Assembly (NCBI GenBank): GCA_964016885.1
Contig: OZ024740.1
Span: 223,572,001-223,636,000 of the forward strand
Origin: Eledone cirrhosa
Lineage: Eukaryota
Length of the DNA: 64,000 nucleotides
Direction of reading: 5' to 3'
Shown here: one piece after another, positions 14,191 to 25,099 of the stretch
How positions within the stretch are numbered: position 1 is the first letter of the stretch
Layout: each line of letters starts with the position of its first letter
The notes under the pieces: model-generated
Database searches by the model: none
The model's input: only the letters and a program-made list of their open reading frames with translations
What the model was told of the DNA's origin: nothing
Made by a program: the position numbers and the translations under genes

Positions 14191-15334
14191 TAATGGATTC
14201 TGATTTAGAAATAAAGTCAACATTTTTCAGGATGAGAAAAGTCAATTAAATCGACCTCAGTGCCACACTGGTACTTTATTTTATCAGACTCATAAGGACG
14301 AAAGGTAAAGCAAACCTCAGTGGGATTTGAACTAAAAACATTATATACTGTAACTCTATGCCACAAAGTATTTTGTATGAAGTTCTACCATTACTCCCAA
14401 TACAACGCTCTAGAAAATTATGTAATAATGTCATCAGTCATTTTTCATGGTCAGTAGTAAGACACCAGGGACTTGAGTAGACGTTAGATAAATTATAAAC
14501 CTGCAAGAATGGTTCTGCAATCAAAAAGACTAATGTTTAACATATTGAAGATTAGAGAACTAGTAAATAGAAAGACTCATAAACTGGTATCAATTCAAAA
14601 GTAATTTGGCAGCAACATTTTTTATAGGAAATCAATATTAGGTAGTAATCTGTATATAGATATAAAAAGGATATAGTGGAATTATAGGTAGAAAGCTGAT
14701 CTTTTGATGTAAGAGATATTCTTGAGTAGCTATTTCGATGACTTTCTGCAGAAGTAGAAGTTTGTTATCTAAAACATATAATCAATTACAAAAGGTGTTT
14801 CCTGGATGAAAACAAGGTGGATGAAGTTCAGAAAACTATCATGTCTTAAAGTGATAGGCCATATATATTATAGATATGGGGCAATTTAACTTTTTTTTCT
14901 TGAATTTAGCAAAAAGCTGTTGTCTAGTTAGTGACTAAAGCTGGGATTTTCAATCGGTTTCAATTCCTGATCTGAATAAATCATATTCAGTCCTACATTG
15001 TGCAAATGTGTAATGTTTATCAATAGCAGTTTGATGCTCAGCACATCTCTTTAAGATTAATATCTTCAATAGCATGTTTGTCATTGACATGAATTGTCAC
15101 AAATACCTTTATGAGATCTAAACCAAAACATATAAAGGGAGTATTTTTATCGTTATATGAAGAGAAATGGCAATGCACATGACCTTTTTCCAGGGTCTTA
15201 AAGACTTTGGGGGATGAGAGTGCATGAAGGTTTCCTCAAACAAAAAACTGGTTCAAATGTTTGCAAACAGTGGTTACTTTGCTAAAGGTACTCAAGTGTC
15301 AAATATATCGATAATCGTTTTAACATTTTAATAA

Positions 15335-15517
15335 TTGTTTCTACTTTTGGCACAAGGCCAGCAATTATTCCAGTGCATTACTGGTACTTTATTTTATCGA
15401 CCCCGTAAAGATGAAAGGCAAAGTTAACCTCGGCGGGATTTGAACTCAGATCATAAAGCGAGGTAACTCTATGCGTCAAAGCATGGCGCCCAACCCTCTA
15501 CCGATACTGCCAATCCA
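15335..15517 (-). mobile_element. tRNA-derived SINE family A (Meta/Nin-like central domain)
   Basis: A box TGGCAGTATCGG, B box GAGTTCAAATCC, core gcctttcatc..cggggtcgataaaataaagtaccag; degraded relatives near 14240, 48350, 48835 and 50400. Confidence 0.85.
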
Positions 15518-15544
15518 ATGAAAGGAATACAATGCAAAAGTGAA

Positions 15545-15870
15545 AGTTCATGGTATTGTGGTAAGAGTGATGAGCTCACAATCGTAAGGTTGAGTATTCG
15601 AATCCCTGACCGGGCCATGCATTGTGTTCTTGAGAAAAACACTTTATTTCAGGTTGCTCCAGTTCACTCAGCTGTAGAAATGCGTTTTGGACATCACTGG
15701 GGATAAGCTGTAGTGGCTATTGCCTTTCCTTTAGATATTGGTGACATGGTGAGAGGAGACTGGCATGCATAGTTGACTGCTGATCTTCTAAAACAAGACC
15801 TTACCCACACTTGTGCATCAGAGAGGAAATTTCTAGGTTAAAAAACATGGTCATTCATGACAGAAATGGG
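15545..15870 (+). mobile_element. tRNA-derived SINE family B
   Basis: tRNA-like head, then tgttcttgagaaaaacactttatttcaggttgctccagttcactcagctgtagaaatg. Confidence 0.65.
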
Positions 15871-17489
15871 CATATGATACAGCGTCGTATTGAAAATACT
15901 CTTGGGTTTGATTTGTTTACCTTTTGACCATGTATATACATATTTTTACATTTACAAGGAGTTCATGTCTATTTCACAAGGAGTCCTATGGAATTACAGA
16001 GATATCCTTACATACCTGTTATACCTCCCTGAATAGCACTAACATACAGACAGGGGAGAACTTTATTTCACTTAATTTGAATTAATCTATAATAATCATT
16101 TACAACATGAAGCTATTAACACTAAAAATATTTTGTGTTATAATATAATGGAGTAAATATACTTGATAGTAATCTAATAGTTAATTGAATATACTGGTAA
16201 TAGCAATCACTGATTGTTTTGTCATTATCAACCCATTATATATTTCCATTATTTGAAACTAGTTCTCTAATACCACAACATTAAATAAGTAATTACTTTT
16301 TATATGGTGTTAAAACAGCAGAACATAATCACTCAATTGACATTTTCAAGCCTATGATGTTTTTTCCATCTTCCTATTTATGAAATATCTACCAATGACT
16401 GTAAAAGCTCTCAATACTATATTTATAAAATTATATTTAAAAAAAAAAAATGTAAATGTAGGTTTTTAAGTCTTCTAAAGAAGTGCTTCTTGTGTAGATA
16501 ACGTTGCAATTTGCTTTCTAAAGATGCAATACAATAGACGAAATCAGGGACAAAATTCCAGTTAATTCCGAAGTGTCTTGTTTTCTGTAGATTCATTTTA
16601 TGATAGCATTATTTAGTCTTGTTAAAGACAAACCCTCTAATGATAGTGCCATGGTAAAATGCATCCAGTCCACTCTGTAAAGTGACTGACGATTGAATGG
16701 AGAGAGCATTAAGTAGATTGTCTGCTTAGTCTTGTCAAGATAGCACCCTCTCTAGAGCTAGTACCACAATAAAATGTAGCCAGTAGACTCTACAAAATGA
16801 TTCATTGTTGAACTAAAACAGCATAAAGGAGTGAGGTCTATTTCAACTTGTCAAGGATATAACAACATCTTTAATGTTGGTAACATTATAAAATGCGCTC
16901 AGTACACTCTAAGTATTTGATATTATGAAGGAAATTCAACCATAGAAATATTGACAAAACTTAGAATGTATGAGCATGATGTGATCTCCCAGGTCATGAT
17001 GAAGGGCAGTAACTTTGAATAAGAACTGACTCGAACTCTGATAGCCCACCCAGCTTATCCCAGCATGGAAACTATTTATTTGTTGACAGCAATCCTCATT
17101 GGTGATTATAACATTTGACAGTAATATGAAAATTATTTGAATGTCATCTGAAAAATTTTTCATCAACAAACCTGCTTAGATTAAATATCTGTTTGAAGAG
17201 TTTATTTGGGCTCCTTGAAAAGATATCATCATTATCACCATCACCGTCAGCAACCGCCTCCCCACAAAAAAAAAATTGCATTGACTAAAAGCAAAGTAGC
17301 GACTACTTGTAAAAATTGTTATTTAAAGTAGTAATTGGAACAAATGGAAATTCAAACTCATCGTATGAGTTTAGAATATCAATGTACTGGCTGAAATAGA
17401 CAAAATCAAAACAGAATATTTTCTACTGTTTTTATTCTTTGTATACTTCACCATTATGAGATAATTTCATATAATACTGTTATTTCATT

Positions 17490-18223
17490 CTTCTATGTTG
17501 TTTACTTGTCTCACTCGCTTTATGCGATTTACTTGTCCCAATAGTTTTTTTTAGTTATTGCTCGCACCAACCTGAGGTATATGATTTTTAATGCGATAGA
17601 ATATCAATGATGGTTGGCAAATAACTACAAAGGACTATTTTTATCATATGTAACCCATGTGCAACCACGCAGTATTCTTCTTTCTTCTTTTGTTTTTTAT
17701 ATATATTTACCTCGGCTGTGTTTGTCTGTTTCTCTCTTATTGCTTCCCCGTTCTCTCTGTTGCTCTCACCTTCTTTCGCCCCCTCTGTCAGTTACACTTT
17801 CTCTCGACTGACCTCTTCCTCGCACTTCCACTCACTCACTCTCTGTTTCTCCCCTTCTCACTTTCTCCCGTTTGGCTAGTAGTGGGTTCTCTTCTTGCTC
17901 ACATCTCACTCACGTTGGACAGTCTGTATCTTGATCGCTCATGAAATCCACGCAGCTTATGCTGACCGGACAACCATGTTGCTTGTTTATTTTCCTATCT
18001 TTGGTTTGCTTTTATCCTTCTATGTTGTTTACTTGTCCTCCTCGCTTTACGCGATTTACTGGTCTCAATAACTTTTTTTAGTTATTGCTCGCACCAACCT
18101 GAGGTATATGATTTTTAATGCGATGAAATATCAATGATGGTTGGCAAATCACTGACGAAGGACTAATTTTATCATATGTAACCCATGTGCAACCACGCAG
18201 TATTCTTCTTTCTTCTCATTTTT

Positions 18224-18230
<7 letters not shown>
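17490..18230. repeat. Pair of ~215-bp direct repeats (17490-17705 and 18017-18230) around a pyrimidine-rich spacer; pLTR-like
   Basis: cttctatgttgtttacttgtc...gcaccaacctgaggtatatg...cgcagtattcttctttcttct present twice, each ending at (TA)n. Confidence 0.85.
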
Positions 18231-18254
<24 letters not shown>

Positions 18255-18381
18255 GTACGCATGTATTATATAAATAAATATATATATGAGTAGGCTTGGT
18301 TGTGTGCTTACGTACGCGCAGGTATATGTATGCATATGTATGTGTCTATGTATATATAGGTGTGCATATATGTGTATATAT

Positions 18382-18431
<50 letters not shown>

Positions 18432-18675
18432 CCTTGATCACCTTGACCGACCAGTCTATCGGGCGCCGCTGGTCACAGTACGTCGTGCTGATTTAGCCAT
18501 AAGATAACGCCATCCCACTGGCTGGGCAGGCCGGTACTCATTTCTACAGCTGAGTAAACTGGAGCAACATGAAATAAAGTGTCTTGCTCAAGGAAACAAC
18601 ACACCACTCGGTCCGAGAATTGAACTCAACCTTTCGATTGCAAGCCCAATGCTTTAACCACTAAGCCATGCGGCT
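18432..18675 (-). mobile_element. tRNA-derived SINE family B, near complete
   Basis: A box TGGCTTAGTGG, B box GAGTTCAATTC, core ccttgagcaagacacttta..aaatgagtaccgg; 3' part recurs at 23990-24100 (+). Confidence 0.85.
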
Positions 18676-18687
18676 TCACACACACGC

Positions 18688-18723
<36 letters not shown>

Positions 18724-19497
18724 ATGTGTACATGAGTGGTGCATATATCTGTGTATGTATGTACCTATATATGAGGGTGTGAATATCTGCAAAGGTACGT
18801 GTGTGCGCACATGCGTCAGCGTATGCGCGGGTTTGTGTGTGCACAGATAAGTGTGTGATAAGCAGCTCTGAATGTCTGTGTATGATCACACGTGTATATG
18901 TGTGTGTGTGTCGGATCAGAACCCCATGTCCACGTAGCAGTAATTCTGGCGACAGAATTAAGATGAATGACAACTCACGCCTGAATGGAAATGTTCAGTG
19001 GGCAGTTCTGAATGGTCAAGCTTACAGATGACGTCACGAAATCTTGACCAATCGATGGGCCGCACAAACAGGAAGATTGTAGATGAAGGAAATTCAAAGG
19101 GTCGGAGTGCAACAGACAGAGGACTTGCTTCGAAGCCGCTAGACGTATCTGAGGAACTTGCGAATCCAGAGTCAGGTTCGATCCACAAATAGGTCGCACC
19201 TCGAGCTGTCCGCCGGAGAAATAATTACGATACGTTAATAAATTGTCTCGATGCATCACTGATTCTTTGTTTTCCATATATATGTTTTTTCAACTGTTTT
19301 TTTTCTTTTCTTCCTTTTTCCCTTCTATTTTACTTCCCCCCTTCCTTTCCCAATAACTTACCCAGTTATTGAATGCTCTGGGCGGTAGATATCTTGTCTT
19401 TAAAGAATGGAAATATCCGAGACCCCCAGTAGACAACTGATGAGGAAAACTCCGCCCCGTTCTTGCTTTATTCTTATTCTCACTCCATTTTAAGGTA

Positions 19498-19576
<79 letters not shown>

Positions 19577-19706
19577 TTACATATATATATATATATATAT
19601 ATGAATGTAAGAAGATCCCGTTAAGGGTGAAAGCAGCGATTCTTTATTTAAACTTTAATCTGTTATTTTAATAAATCTATATATATGAATCTATATATAT
19701 ATATTT

Positions 19707-19738
<32 letters not shown>

Positions 19739-19779
19739 ATATATTTACATAAATATATATGTATATATATATTTACACA

Positions 19780-19841
<62 letters not shown>

Positions 19842-19846
<5 letters not shown>

Positions 19847-20175
19847 GTAAACACAGTAAACCCATGTCTAAAATTACGAGGGTAGATTACACCACAAATG
19901 TTATATATCATTCAACCTGAATCATATGTTATAGGTCTTATCTCCCTCTGACGAAATGCCTACGGATTACTTGTTACAAACACGATTCATTCAGGGCGAA
20001 ACAGATTAAATCTTTAGTCTGTCCGGGAGATGAAATGATTATTGATATGGTATGTATGAGAAATCTTGTAAGAAATCTTGTAACATCCCATATGATTCAG
20101 GTTGAATGATATATAACATTTGTGGTGTAATCTATCCTCGTAATTTTAGACATGGGTTTACTGTGTTTACTTCTA
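19842..20175 (+). mobile_element. PLE-type solo pseudo-LTR with 87-bp inverted arms
   Basis: 19842-19928 is the reverse complement of 20089-20175 (one mismatch seen); encloses a hammerhead motif. Confidence 0.8.
19940..20031 (+). ncRNA. Type I hammerhead ribozyme motif
   Basis: Stem I AUCUCCC/GGGAGAU, CUGACGA, long stem-loop II (GCCU..AGGGC), GAAA, stem III ACAGAUUAA/UUAGUCUGU, GUC site. Confidence 0.75.
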
Positions 20176-20194
20176 GACATATTAATATTATAAT

Positions 20195-20377
20195 TGTTTC
20201 TACATTAGGCACAAGGCCAGCAATTACCCAGTGCATTACTGGTACTTTATTTTATCGACCCCGTAAGGATGAAAGGCAAAGTCAACCTCGGCGGGATTTG
20301 AACTCACATCGTAAAGGGACGTAACTATGATGGAAAGCATGGCGTCCGACCCTCTACCGATACTGCCAATCCACATA
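20195..20377 (-). mobile_element. SINE family A with 16-bp target-site duplication
   Basis: atattaatattataat at 20179-20194 and 20378-20393 flanks the copy. Confidence 0.9.
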
Positions 20378-20466
20378 ATATTAATATTATAATGCTCTGT
20401 ATTTATACTTTGAGCTTGTTAATTGCAGGGTATCTATATGAGTTAATAACTCTATATTTTATTTGT

Positions 20467-20512
<46 letters not shown>

Positions 20513-20515
<3 letters not shown>

Positions 20516-22137
20516 ATGAAATCGAAAATGCAACTAGGTAATTTTGCATTGGTGAGTAATGTTTTCAGTGATTTCGGTTGTCTTTTGCTTTTGATTATTT
20601 TGTGTGTTTCAAGGGCTGTTTTCATTCCTGGGTCTTGTTTCAGTAGCGGGATGTTCTTGTGAATAGTGTTGTAAGCTTCCGCATTTCTTGGGTTGTGTGT
20701 TGAGATACATGCTAGAATATTGGACGTACCTTGAATTTGTTTCAGTTTTACGAAAACATTACTCACCAATGCCAAATTACCTACCACAAACCCACAACCA
20801 ACTGTCAAAAATTGTGGTCGCTCTAATTGTGTAACCTGCACTCACCTCATTGAAGGCAACATGTATACATTTAAATCAGAACAAAATTTTGCTGTAAAAA
20901 ATCACTTCACTTGCTCATCAAAAAATCTAATTTATGCCATTAAATGTAAAGGATGCAATGAAGATTATATAGTACAAACTAAACTCACACTCAGAAATAG
21001 AAAGACAGTTCATCGAAAACAATTACGAGATCCAACCACGAGACAGATACCACTAAGCGCACATCTAGAGATTTGCACAAGTAATAAGACACCCAAATTC
21101 CAAGTATTCCCATTTCAACAGAACAAATACGAATAAATAAGGAAAATATGTTCATTCAAAATATTCCTACTAACGGAATCATTTTCCTACACACACACAC
21201 ACAAACACAAAATATATATCCTCTTCATCTTAACATGCTAACCATACTCCCACACACACATAACCCCAATACACACACACACACACAACTCCCTCCCCCA
21301 TTTCTACTAATAGAATCACTTTCCTACACACACACACATAATATATATATTCTCTCCATCTTAACATACTCCCACACACACACACACAAAACACCCATAT
21401 ACACACACACACAACTCCCTCCCGCATTTCTACCAATAGAATCATCTTCCTATACACACGCACACACAAACAAACATACATATGTCTACTTTCTTTATTT
21501 CAATAGAAAATCTGAAGTCTGACACCCCAGCGAACTAGCCATATTCACTGAACCAGAACAATTCTCCCATCCCATTTCTCTTGACCATTCTTTTGCTTGT
21601 CATAAAATTCTCTAAAAGGCTACAAAATAAATTCCCAAATACGGGCGCGAAATTTAATGAACTTGTTCACGTGAGAACAATAATTTCATTTATAACCAAT
21701 CAAATTACATTTAAAAAAAGCCTTCGTGAGCCCTTTTTTAAGTAAAAAGAAATTAAAACACTGATATATGAAAAAACAACCTGAGCCCCCCTCCCCTCCC
21801 TGTTTGAAGAACTTTGTAACGCGAACTGGCGCGAGCGAAATTTATTATACCTATTGACAAACCAATCAAATTACTTCTCTAAAACCTGGCCACTTTTTTC
21901 CATATAAAACAAGTAACATTCAAAGACCAACCAGATGTGAGTAGAACCACAGGCCCTCCATCTCAACTCTACTTTTGAAAAGCAGAAAAACTGCGAAACC
22001 GGTAAATGAACCAAATAAATATATATTTTTTTTAAAAATAAGACTCCAGTTGCATTTTCGATTTCATCCTTTTTTCTTTATACTTTAAACTCGTGTAGGA
22101 CACCTCGATTATTTTTCATTTTGTAAAAAAATCTCAC

Positions 22138-22140
<3 letters not shown>
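20513..22140 (+). mobile_element. 5'-truncated, 5'-inverted Penelope-like element (Zn knuckle plus GIY-YIG endonuclease, pLTR)
   Basis: Plus strand: KTLLTNAKLP..CGRSNCVTC..FTCSSKNLIYAIKCKGCNEDYIVQTK..LRNRKTVH; inverted linker SKRQPKSLKTLL on minus strand 20536-20740; 20513-20535 inverts 22048-22070. Confidence 0.88.
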
Positions 22141-22208
<68 letters not shown>

Positions 22209-22273
22209 GTGTATATATATATTTACATATATATATATGTAATATTATTGTATTTTATATATATATATATATA

Positions 22274-22860
22274 TAAAATACAATATTTTGAAAAGATAAC
22301 GCACTAAAGAGAGATATTGTGCCATCAATAAAACAGGGAAAACCACCAGTATAACAGTCTTTCCTCTATCTCTGTTTGGTTGAGCACACTTCTTTGAGTG
22401 GGTTTTGGGCTGCCCTTTCTAGAAGCTCGTCCCTCAGTTACCACTAGTTCAATGCCCTAAACACGCTGTGACATCTCTCTGCCGCGTGTAGCTGGACGAT
22501 CGCTTTAGATTCTCTTAGCGTTGTCAGGAATGTATAGTCTTGCCCGTGCTGATGAACCATAGGCTATTCCATTTCAGTCAACAACTTCCTGGCGAAACAG
22601 ATCTCTTTGGATTTGTACGTGTGAGTCATATAATTATAGAGGTGCGTATATACATTTTAATTCATATGTTCCTTAGATTATAGACTCCATACTCTGGTGG
22701 TTTTCCCTCTTTAATTGATGGCACACTATCTCTCTCTAGTGTGTTACCTTTTCAACATATTGTATTTTAAATAGCTCAGGATTCCTTTTCCTTTGAGCAG
22801 ATTATTGACAGGGAATAACGAGAGTCTATGGCTCCGTTAATTTATCGTAATATGTATATA
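22274..22860 (+). mobile_element. PLE-type solo pseudo-LTR with ~76-bp inverted arms
   Basis: 22274-22349 versus 22694-22769, diverged inverted repeat; flanked by (TA)n; internal hammerhead. Confidence 0.75.
22539..22625 (+). ncRNA. Type I hammerhead ribozyme motif with imperfect stems I and II
   Basis: CUGAUGA at 22549, CCUGGC-GAAA, stem III ACAGAUC/GAUUUGU, GUA site. Confidence 0.6.
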
Positions 22861-22996
22861 TATATATGTATATATATAAACATATGTATATATATTTATA
22901 TGTATATATATGTATATATATATATATATGTATATATATTTACATATATATATGTATATATATATATTTATATATTTACACACACACACAGACACA

Positions 22997-23037
<41 letters not shown>

Positions 23038-23083
23038 TTATATTTACATATATATATATACATATTTATATATTTATATTTAC

Positions 23084-23116
<33 letters not shown>

Positions 23117-23254
23117 GAGATATATTGTTATACTTGGGGAGGGTCAGATTGTTGTAATAATATTACCAGAAATAATAACAGAACACACTCACTGTTTGGT
23201 TGGTTTTCGGTTCTGTATCTATTATATCTCCATAGTTAATTCATATATATTATA

Positions 23255-23807
23255 GTTGAAACAGGAAACAAAAAAAAAACAACGAGGAAACGAAGAGGCA
23301 GTACAAAATGTTAATATTAGTATCACGCTTGGGAGTGGGGGGTGGGGGTGACGTTTCGGCCATAAGCCCTTCATCAGAAAAGTGGGCAGAAAAAAGTACC
23401 GAGGGTGTGAGGGGGAGTGGTGGAAATACAATAAAAGTGGGGGGGGGGATCTTTTTACAGGGTAAAAGAATTAAAATGAAACAAGTGGTGAAAGGGTGTA
23501 AGGTGTGTAGGGTTGGTGGTGGGTGGATGGAGGGGCAGAGGAGAGAGGGTGACGGGAGACGGGCCCGAGTGGGGAGGGCTGAAGGTGGTGTGTGTGTATG
23601 TGTGTAGGTGTACGTGTGTGTGGATGTGAATGTGAGAGTTGAGGTAAGAACGAGGTTCCATGTTCGGGTAATAGGGAAACCGGTGTGTATGTGCATGGAG
23701 AGGAGTCAGAGGGTGGGGTAGAGTGGGCGTGTGGAGTCCGGAGGCTGAGTGCGTGTATGTGAGGATACCCACGTGTATGTGTGTGTTTTTGTCTAACTTA
23801 ATGGCAC

Positions 23808-23810
<3 letters not shown>
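23255..23810 (-). mobile_element. 3' end/pLTR of the C-rich PLE family, with hammerhead core at 23350-23377
   Basis: Homologous to 27600-28080; minus strand CUGAUGA-AGGGCUUAUGGCC-GAAACGUC. Confidence 0.8.
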
Positions 23811-23857
<47 letters not shown>

Positions 23858-23893
23858 CATATATAAATATCTTCATACATAAAACATACGCAC

Positions 23894-23966
<73 letters not shown>

Positions 23967-24094
23967 AATGTGTGTATGTATATATATATATCGGCCTGCC
24001 CGCCCAGCCAGTGGGATCGCGTCATCGTATGGCTAAAACAGCACGTGCTGTGATCAGCGGGGCTGAATGGTGCCCGACAGACTGGTCGATCAAG

Positions 24095-24137
<43 letters not shown>

Positions 24138-24197
24138 CTAACTGTTTGGTTTGGGTTGGTTTTCACTTCTGTATCTTTTATATCTCCACAGTTAATT

Positions 24198-24248
<51 letters not shown>

Positions 24249-24294
24249 TATACACACACACCACACACACACACACACAGACACACATACACAC

Positions 24295-24327
<33 letters not shown>

Positions 24328-24877
24328 CAAATGGAAGTTTAGTAAAATCGAAGTTTTGGCTGTCGCCAAGCTAACGATATACAATTAGGAATGTGCAGCA
24401 AAGCACTCGATAAGGCTGTGTTACCTTACTGTAATAACATACGTTAGATAGCGTGACAAATTGAAAACTGCGACAGGCGAGCCTAGCCACATACTACCAA
24501 AGCAACGAAAATACAATCAGGTTAGATAACAAACCTGGACCGTCTCGAACGGTATTGTACAATACGTCCGATATGTTTCAATGAAATCCAAAATCAACAA
24601 TCCCACTTGCGCAATATGCAAGTTTGTGGTATTCAGCATTTAAATATTCCACTTTTCCTCTACTACAATTTTCTTACACCACCTTCTACTTCGAACCCTT
24701 CTATTTTTCACTCCCACCCTAGTACCTTCAATATGCCCAATCTCAGAACCTTTTCTCCGCCAGCTCCATTCAAATCTCAAGCGATGTCAACATGAATGGA
24801 CCTGTTATTTTTATCTAAAGACAATTTTTCCAATTCCATTCCACTCGTCCCCGCAATCTATCTTATTTCTCATTTTT

Positions 24878-24915
24878 GTCTTCTGATGAAGGACTAGCGC
24901 CCGAAACGTTAAGAC
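24878..24915 (+). ncRNA. Minimal type I hammerhead motif in a probable solo pLTR (about 24330-25000)
   Basis: GUCUU-CUGAUGA-A-GGACUAGCGCCC-GAAACGUU-AAGAC: perfect 5-bp stem I and palindromic AACGUU stem III. Confidence 0.75.
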
Positions 24916-25011
24916 CTTCTTCCTGCTATATCAAGCGTTAACCTAATATATCCCTTCCATATACTGTACCGATTGTGTTGTTATTTCTGTTTACCTTTTA
25001 TACACATACAT

Positions 25012-25091
<80 letters not shown>

Positions 25092-25099
25092 TATATATA

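Noticed and set aside
19431-19460. CUGAUGA-GGA-AAAC-UCC-G hammerhead 5' half
   Set aside because: GAAA, stem III and cleavage site absent; at best a truncated remnant.
21971-22008. Hammerhead-like UUGAAAA-GCAG..CUGC-GAAACCGGUA, also at about 56975
   Set aside because: Core C3 and G8 mutated and stem I poor; counted only as a fossil.
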